From Candidatus Sigynarchaeum calidifontis (GTDB taxonomy: Archaea > Asgardarchaeota > Lokiarchaeia > Sigyniarchaeales > Sigyniarchaeaceae), in the NCBI GenBank assembly GCA_030587475.2, contig JAUQYZ020000022.1, positions 1-48,741 on the forward strand: a stretch of 48,741 nucleotides of DNA. The letters are read 5' to 3'. This document shows positions 43,451 to 48,741 of the stretch, piece by piece. Numbering within the stretch: the first letter of the stretch is position 1; each line of letters begins with the position of its first letter. The notes beneath the pieces were generated by a model, which saw only the letters and a list, made by a program, of their open reading frames with translations, was not told the origin of the DNA and did not search any database. A program made the position numbers and the translations under genes.

Positions 43451-43945
43451 ATGACCATGATCTGCGATACCTTGACATCATGGAAATCCCTGAAAATGAT
43501 ACTGCCGGCAACGTTCGGGGTAGCATTTGCCTGGATCGAGAAGTACAAGGACGATCCCCCCGCGGACGCGACGGTTCCACTGGATAACGGCTTGCGGGTC
43601 ATCGTGCAGAGTTACCATCCCAAGAACCTCGAAGATCCCAAGTTCGAGAACCACCACAAGTTCATCGATGTCCAGTATGTTGTTTCGGGTACCGAAACGA
43701 TTTTCTGGACCAAGTCGAAGGACCTCGCCATCACGGCCCCGTATTCCAGCGAGAAGGACGTCGAATTTTGCACGATGAAAGATCCCGCCGCCAACTCGAC
43801 GAGCTTGCTACTCGAGGCGGGCATGTTCGCCATCTTCTGGCCCGGGGACTGGCACTTGCCGTGCATCGATCCCGTGGTGGCGCACCCCTCGTGTATCGTA
43901 AAAAGTGGCAAGGTAAAGAAGTTCGTCGTGAAAGTCCCCGCATGA
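43451..43945 (+). CDS. YhcH/YjgK/YiaL (DUF386) family protein
   Basis: FENHHKFIDVQYVVSGTE, YSSEKDVEF, GMFAIFWPGDWHLP, VKKFVVKV. Confidence 0.92.
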   Translation: MTMICDTLTSWKSLKMILPATFGVAFAWIEKYKDDPPADATVPLDNGLRVIVQSYHPKNLEDPKFENHHKFIDVQYVVSGTETIFWTKSKDLAITAPYSSEKDVEFCTMKDPAANSTSLLLEAGMFAIFWPGDWHLPCIDPVVAHPSCIVKSGKVKKFVVKVPA

Positions 43946-43956
43946 TGCGCGCTTCG

Positions 43957-44433
43957 TCACGTGAAATTCATGTATTCCCTTTGCCACGGGAACACGACGC
44001 GCGACCCGCTCGAGCACGCGATGGCGTGGAAATCGGGCTCGAATCTCGAATCCTCGCTCAGCACGACGCATGCGGTGTTGCACGCGAGCCCGCGCGCCTT
44101 GAAACGCTCCACGATCGATCGCAACGTGTTCCCCGTGTACGAGGCATCATCGAATATGATGTAGCGGGCAGTCGTGGCGCGTGCCGGGATGACCGACGTA
44201 ACCCGCGGGCAGTGCAAGTACATTGCGAGGAGCCGCGCGGGAATGAATGCATCTCGTGAGGCCGGGTACAACAGATCGATCGCTAGCCCCTTGCTCTGGA
44301 TCTCGCTCGCGATGCTCTGGCACGCGCCAATGACCGTTTCTATGTCCATGTACCATCTATGCCGCGGTTCGGATGGCCTCGAACCCGCGTCATGTTCCCT
44401 TTTCAGCTTGAGAAAGCCGATCTCTTCCGTCAT
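43957..44433 (-). CDS. Compact type I phosphoribosyltransferase-like protein
   Basis: PRPP-binding motif IIFDDASYTGNTL, C-terminal VVFPW. Confidence 0.75.
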   Translation of the reverse strand: MTEEIGFLKLKREHDAGSRPSEPRHRWYMDIETVIGACQSIASEIQSKGLAIDLLYPASRDAFIPARLLAMYLHCPRVTSVIPARATTARYIIFDDASYTGNTLRSIVERFKARGLACNTACVVLSEDSRFEPDFHAIACSSGSRVVFPWQREYMNFT

Positions 44434-44529
44434 GATCGTCGACCACGCGAACGAGGGTCTCGTCGGGTGATGTTTCATCTGACCAACCTATAAAAAGGAC
44501 ACGGTGTGGCCATATTTGGAAGGGAGCGG

Positions 44530-45360
44530 TCATTTCCCAGCGTTCATGAGCTCCTCGACGATGCGCGCGTCTTCCCTGGCGAATTTCATGTCCCCGAATC
44601 CAACCGCGAGGAAATCGACGGTCTTGATGCGCTGCAAGCACCACTCGATCCCCTCGCGTGGCCTGAGACGGCCCGCGGCCATGGGCTTGATGTTGATGAT
44701 TTGCAGCCTCGTTTCCTTGATCCGGCGGGCGAGGGTCTCGGGATCCGTGTCGGATTCGAAGCCGATCTTGTTGAGCGGCTGGACGATGACCGGCGCGTCG
44801 TAATCATTATCCTCGACGGCCTTGATCGTTTCGACTTGATGGGTCGACAAGCCCGGGATCATGTGTAGATCGCGAATACGGGCCGCGATCTCGGGATACC
44901 CCTTGATCGTAGAGGTCGCCTTGTCCAGGGCCTTGTCCGTGTAATCCCGGTGCGGCGCGCACACCGACACGTCGTGGTCGGCACACCACTGGACCTGTTT
45001 CCAGATGTCTGGCGGGAGGTCCTTGGCCGTGAGCCGCGTGCTCGGGGTGCAAATCCAGTGGTACGGCTTGCCCGTTTCCTTCCTGACCGCCTGGATGGCC
45101 TCGTAGATGTTGTCCCGCGGGGACGAGATGCAAGCGTTGACGCCGTGCTCCTGCGCGAGGAACAGCATTATCTCGATAACTTTCTTGATATCCTTGAACT
45201 TGTGCAGGTAATAAAACGTGCTCAATGGCGAGCGATGAATGAGCCCCGGATCGCGGGCACGATAAAATCCTCCATAAACATGGCTAATACCAACGAATTG
45301 ATTCGTGCCACAAAGCATGCGGGGCAGGTCAAGCTTTTCGAGGGTTGTCCTTGGAATCAT
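44530..45360 (-). CDS. Aldo/keto-reductase-like TIM-barrel protein
   Basis: RMLCGTNQF, IPGLSTH, PLNKIGF, IKPMAAGRL. Confidence 0.7.
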   Translation of the reverse strand: MIPRTTLEKLDLPRMLCGTNQFVGISHVYGGFYRARDPGLIHRSPLSTFYYLHKFKDIKKVIEIMLFLAQEHGVNACISSPRDNIYEAIQAVRKETGKPYHWICTPSTRLTAKDLPPDIWKQVQWCADHDVSVCAPHRDYTDKALDKATSTIKGYPEIAARIRDLHMIPGLSTHQVETIKAVEDNDYDAPVIVQPLNKIGFESDTDPETLARRIKETRLQIINIKPMAAGRLRPREGIEWCLQRIKTVDFLAVGFGDMKFAREDARIVEELMNAGK

Positions 45361-45625
45361 CTTAAATCCGTCCTAAAGCGATTCTTCAGAAGATTTCTAT
45401 ATCATCCCGCGCGGCGGGCGGGAACTGGACCGTCCACTCCCCGCGCGGTGGCATGTCGTCCTTTAAATAGCTGCGGTCCATGCAATTGCCGAGCGACAAG
45501 CGATCCACGATTTCCTGTCCGATATCTCCTTTTTCCCGTGCGAGCCGATTGCTTGCCCCTCCTGGTCACCGGCGCGGTCAATCCCCGTGCGCCCTCTTTT
45601 TTTTCCCCGTTCGAGCATGCGATGA

Positions 45626-45636
45626 CTTTAAATAGC
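45626..45636 (+). promoter_or_regulatory. TATA box of the histone gene (identical copy at 45461-45471)
   Basis: CTTTAAATAGC upstream of a GGAGGAGGT SD motif and ATG 45682. Confidence 0.65.
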
Positions 45637-45681
45637 AGATTGAAGTTGGGTTCTTCTGACCTCTGGAGGAGGTTCCTTATC

Positions 45682-45912
45682 ATGAAGGGAGAGCTCAACA
45701 ATCGGGTTATCCCTATTGCCCCTGTCGACCGACTTATACGAAAAACGAACGCGGAACGGGTAAGCGAGAGCGCAGCAAAGGAGCTGGGGATCATTTTGGA
45801 AGAATTGGGGAAAGAAATAGCTCTCCGGGCAGCGGACCTGGCAAAACACGCCAACCGGACGACCGTGAAGGACATCGACATTCGACTCGCCTACAAGCAA
45901 TGGCGCGAGTGA
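45682..45912 (+). CDS. Archaeal histone (HMf family), 76 aa
   Basis: IPIAPVDRLIRKTNAERVSESAAKEL...AKHANRTTVKDIDIRLA; strong SD; T6 terminator at 45945-45950. Hidden at the end of ORF-track entry 44950..45912. Confidence 0.95.
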   Translation: MKGELNNRVIPIAPVDRLIRKTNAERVSESAAKELGIILEELGKEIALRAADLAKHANRTTVKDIDIRLAYKQWRE

Positions 45913-46161
45913 CAAGCATCCCCCGATACTTCCACCTTTCGCTCTTTTTTCATCGGCCATCAAGCACGTCTATTCGTTTAAATCGCCATGGAATGCTTTC
46001 TCGTTTCGCTTGATCGAGACGACGCGCGCGCATGCCATGGAACGCCTTGAACGAAGTACATGTTGCTGGCGAGTACTGCCGTGTCAATGGAGGCACCGCC
46101 CCGCGTGAATTTGGTCGAAATACAGCCCCCCGCCGTGAAAGCGTCTGGTTAATCAAAGCCA

Positions 46162-46185
46162 CTTGAAATAACCGTGGCGCTCGTG
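46162..46185 (+). repeat. Left arm of a bipartite inverted repeat (partner 48154-48184)
   Basis: CTTGAAATAACCGT-GG-CGCTCGTG versus minus-strand CTTGAAATAACGGT-TTAAACCGC-CGCTCGTG. Confidence 0.55.
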
Positions 46186-46224
46186 CGGGGTCCTTCGGTA
46201 TATTCCCGTTCTTGGCTTCTTTTA

Positions 46225-48141
46225 TCAATACGCGAGCCCGTCCTCCGGGTACAGCGCGGCAGGCCGCCATTCCAGCGCGTTTCCTCCCTTTTCGATTTCA
46301 ATGCTTGCGAGATAGTCAACCCAGTAACACGATTTGAGTTTTATATTGAACGGGCCCATCAAGCCGGCGTTGAATTGCTGCTGGAACCATTCCATGAACC
46401 CGTGAAGGGTTTCGCCCTGTAAACTTGTCACGACTGGCTCGCCGCCAAGTTCGATGACGATCCCGTGCCGGCAAAACAAGGCCGGCTGTTGGTTCGGCGA
46501 AAGGCAAGCATCGAGCGCCTGGGGATCGCGGTCGCAAGGCTGCCATCGCGCGCCGCATCGGGGACAAGTCGCGCCTGGACGCTGGTCGACATGCCAGTCT
46601 GCCCCCCGTGGCGTGTACTGGAGGGGCATGGCGCCGCACGACGCGCAAGTCTGCACCGGGGGTGCTTTTCGCGGTTTCCGCCAGGCGGGGCGCGGCGGGA
46701 CGCCCTCGAACCCGGTCACGTCGATCCGCTGCTCGATCACCCCGCCTTTACCGGGGCCCCTTGCTTCTTTGGCGTGGATGCCTGTCTTGCCCGGGGTGAC
46801 GAGCCCCGCGGCCAGCGCCGCCGAGACGAGGTGGTGGAAGGTGGCGGGGGTGACGCCGACCTCCGTGGTCACCGACTGCGGCGGGTAATAATAACGCCGC
46901 CAGGTCGCGACCCGGGGCATCGCCACGGGCGAGCCGTCCTCGAGGTGGAGGGACAAGCGGAGGACACCGCGGCGGCCGTATCCCGCCTTGAAAAAAACGC
47001 CATCGAGCCACGTGTCCTGGTCGATACTCCCATTTTCCTTCACCACCTTGACGAGAGGAACGTGTTTTTCCGCTTGCTCAGGGAGGCGTCTCCCGCGCCT
47101 GCTCGCCCGCTTGGCTGCGAGCGCCGCTTTCTTGGCCCGTGCCTTGCTGGCCGAGGCGATTCGATCCGCCATGGGCAAGGCCTTCTCGATAAAGTTACGC
47201 TGCGGGTGAATCTCGTGCCGCGGGAATAGCGTCGCGTCGATCTCGACCGGGTTCAAGGCCGGGGCACGATCCAGGTCGAACAGCAACTGCAACTTGCCGC
47301 CGAACGCGCTCCCGCCCCTGTACCCGTACCCGTAGCCATACCTGTAACCGTTAAACACAAAGCGGGGGATCAACACGTCGATCGGCCCGAACGTCTTGCC
47401 GGGGAGCAAGGAGAGGTACCGCCAGAAAAAGCGCTTCGTGACGAGACCGGGCACGTCCATGGGATAGATGCTGCCACGGTACTTGATGGGAAACGAGCTC
47501 GCCTGGACCGCACAATCCCGCGAGAACGACGCCCAGTCGTCCTTGTCGAAGTCGAAGTCGAGCTCGTGGAAATGGGCGGGACGATGGTAGATGCCCGCCC
47601 TGCTCCCGCACCACGGGCAGTCCTGCCGATCGAGGGCATCGATGCCCATCGGATTGAGCGCGGAAAGCATGAACGCGTCGCACTGCTTGCAAGCGGGAAC
47701 AAAGCGGCTGCCCAAGCTGGTCGTGTACGTGCTTCCGGGGCGACCGGCCATGAGGTAGAACCTGTAGAGGGGCTTCCACTTCGTTTGCCGCGTGTATTCC
47801 GCGACGCAGACCCGCAGCCGCCGTAGCGGCGGGATGAGCTTGAACATGAGGGCCCGGAGGGCGGCAGCGCTGAGCCACGACGTGAGCGAGGTGACCGTCG
47901 AGCCAGCCCCGTCTTGCAAGGCGACTGGCCGCCCGTCCTTGGTGAGAAACTTGATCTCGACGGCGTTCGAGTCTTCGCGCTGCCAGCGATAGAACGGGGA
48001 ACCTGGGCCCGGGATGGGCTTGCTGAACGCGACATGCAGGCCAGGACAGCTGGCCCGGGCGGAATACCGGTACCCGCAATATGGCACCTTGATTATCTCG
48101 GTGCCGGGCTCGATGGGCGGTTGGTTACTGGGGGAATACAT
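46225..48141 (-). CDS. 638-aa basic hypothetical protein with two CxxC...CxxC Zn ribbons and an internal duplication
   Basis: CKQC..CPWC and CASC..CPRC; TTTAAA box about 25 nt upstream of the ATG. Confidence 0.8.
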   Translation of the reverse strand: MYSPSNQPPIEPGTEIIKVPYCGYRYSARASCPGLHVAFSKPIPGPGSPFYRWQREDSNAVEIKFLTKDGRPVALQDGAGSTVTSLTSWLSAAALRALMFKLIPPLRRLRVCVAEYTRQTKWKPLYRFYLMAGRPGSTYTTSLGSRFVPACKQCDAFMLSALNPMGIDALDRQDCPWCGSRAGIYHRPAHFHELDFDFDKDDWASFSRDCAVQASSFPIKYRGSIYPMDVPGLVTKRFFWRYLSLLPGKTFGPIDVLIPRFVFNGYRYGYGYGYRGGSAFGGKLQLLFDLDRAPALNPVEIDATLFPRHEIHPQRNFIEKALPMADRIASASKARAKKAALAAKRASRRGRRLPEQAEKHVPLVKVVKENGSIDQDTWLDGVFFKAGYGRRGVLRLSLHLEDGSPVAMPRVATWRRYYYPPQSVTTEVGVTPATFHHLVSAALAAGLVTPGKTGIHAKEARGPGKGGVIEQRIDVTGFEGVPPRPAWRKPRKAPPVQTCASCGAMPLQYTPRGADWHVDQRPGATCPRCGARWQPCDRDPQALDACLSPNQQPALFCRHGIVIELGGEPVVTSLQGETLHGFMEWFQQQFNAGLMGPFNIKLKSCYWVDYLASIEIEKGGNALEWRPAALYPEDGLAY

Positions 48142-48153
48142 GGGTCATGGTTC

Positions 48154-48184
48154 CACGAGCGGCGGTTTAAACCGTTATTTCAAG
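48154..48184 (-). repeat. Right arm of the bipartite inverted repeat; contains the TnpB stop codon and the TATA box of the 638-aa gene
   Basis: Plus strand cacgagcg gcggtttaa accgttatttcaag; 13/14 + 8/8 match to the left arm. Confidence 0.55.
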
Positions 48185-48310
48185 CTCGGACGAACTTGGA
48201 CATCAAGGCCAGGTTCTTCCAAACTAAGGCTTGTCGACGATAGACAAGCAAGCGGACGATAACGGGCGTCCCCTCCTTTGGCATGTAGCCGCGGAGATGC
48301 CGGTGCGATT
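48160..48310 (-). ncRNA. Candidate omegaRNA/reRNA scaffold and right end overlapping the tnpB 3' end
   Basis: Hairpins GCTTGTC-N7-GACAAGC (48229-48249) and a bulged stem at 48188-48220, in the low-conservation tail after RuvC-III where TnpB guide scaffolds normally lie. Confidence 0.5.
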
Positions 48311-48741
48311 CGCACGTTGCGTGCACCGTTCAAGTCACTATCCACCACCATTTCGCAGCCCTCGTTCGTGCAGGTGAACGTCTTCCCGTCCCGGACGCCG
48401 ATGGCACCGCACGCGCTGCATCGCTTCGACGTGCCCCTGGCATCGACGAGCTCCACGGCGATGCCCGCGAGGCGAGCGAGCCGCGTCGCGCGGTCCTGGA
48501 CCTGCGAGAAAAACCAGTGCACTTGCCACGACGCGAGCCACGATCCCGATTCCCGCTTGGACGCGTGCGACGACCACGACAGGTCCTCGAACCGCAGCAG
48601 CTCGACCCCGTGGTGCACGCACGCGGCCACGATGCGCGTCGCCACCTGGCGGGCCATCTCCTCTATGCCCTGCCCCGCGAGCATCGAAGCGATCACCGCG
48701 TCGAGCCGGTGCTTGCCAACCGGCACGCCCCTGCCCCGGGC
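48175..48741 (-). mobile_element. tnpB: TnpB/Cas12f-like RNA-guided nuclease of an IS200/IS605- or IS607-type element, 3' part (5' end outside window)
   Basis: RuvC-II FEDLS, VDARGTSKRCSACG...FTCTNEGC Zn ribbon, RuvC-III DSDLNGARNV; frame open to the window end. Confidence 0.9.

Noticed and set aside
44950-45681. Long N-terminal tail on the histone
   Set aside because: The upstream frame is antisense to the 44530..45360 gene and crosses the TATA box; the SD motif supports ATG 45682.

Overview
Gene-dense, fairly GC-rich chromosomal window that most likely comes from an Asgard archaeon (Lokiarchaeia/Sigynarchaeota-like). That assignment is inferred from an HMf-type histone, TATA-box promoters with oligo-T terminators, a 7TM-longin fusion, an archaeal multi-wHTH regulator and an Asgard-style TnpB. 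About 42 CDSs are supportable. They include glutamine-dependent NadE, bacterial-type RNase III, class II aldolase and tandem nitroreductases. There is a cluster with two paralogous Ddl-like ATP-grasp ligases (one fused to a SAM methyltransferase) around a B12-radical SAM gene, and a roughly 13 kb glycan-utilisation locus (GH99/DUF5010-like, GUS-like GH2, LacZ-like GH2 with a remodelled active site, GPH symporter, sugar isomerase). The most interesting signals are: (i) a putative signalling locus with two homologous 7TM modules, one fused to a longin-like domain, flanking a broken surface-protein/wHTH gene; (ii) a 638-aa orphan with two Zn ribbons, bracketed by bipartite inverted repeats and abutting the structured 3' end (omegaRNA) of a TnpB gene; (iii) the ATP-grasp/methyltransferase/radical SAM cluster; (iv) two N-terminal in-frame stops. 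No CRISPR array, rRNA or tRNA was seen. Many start codons were re-chosen by eye relative to the ORF track.
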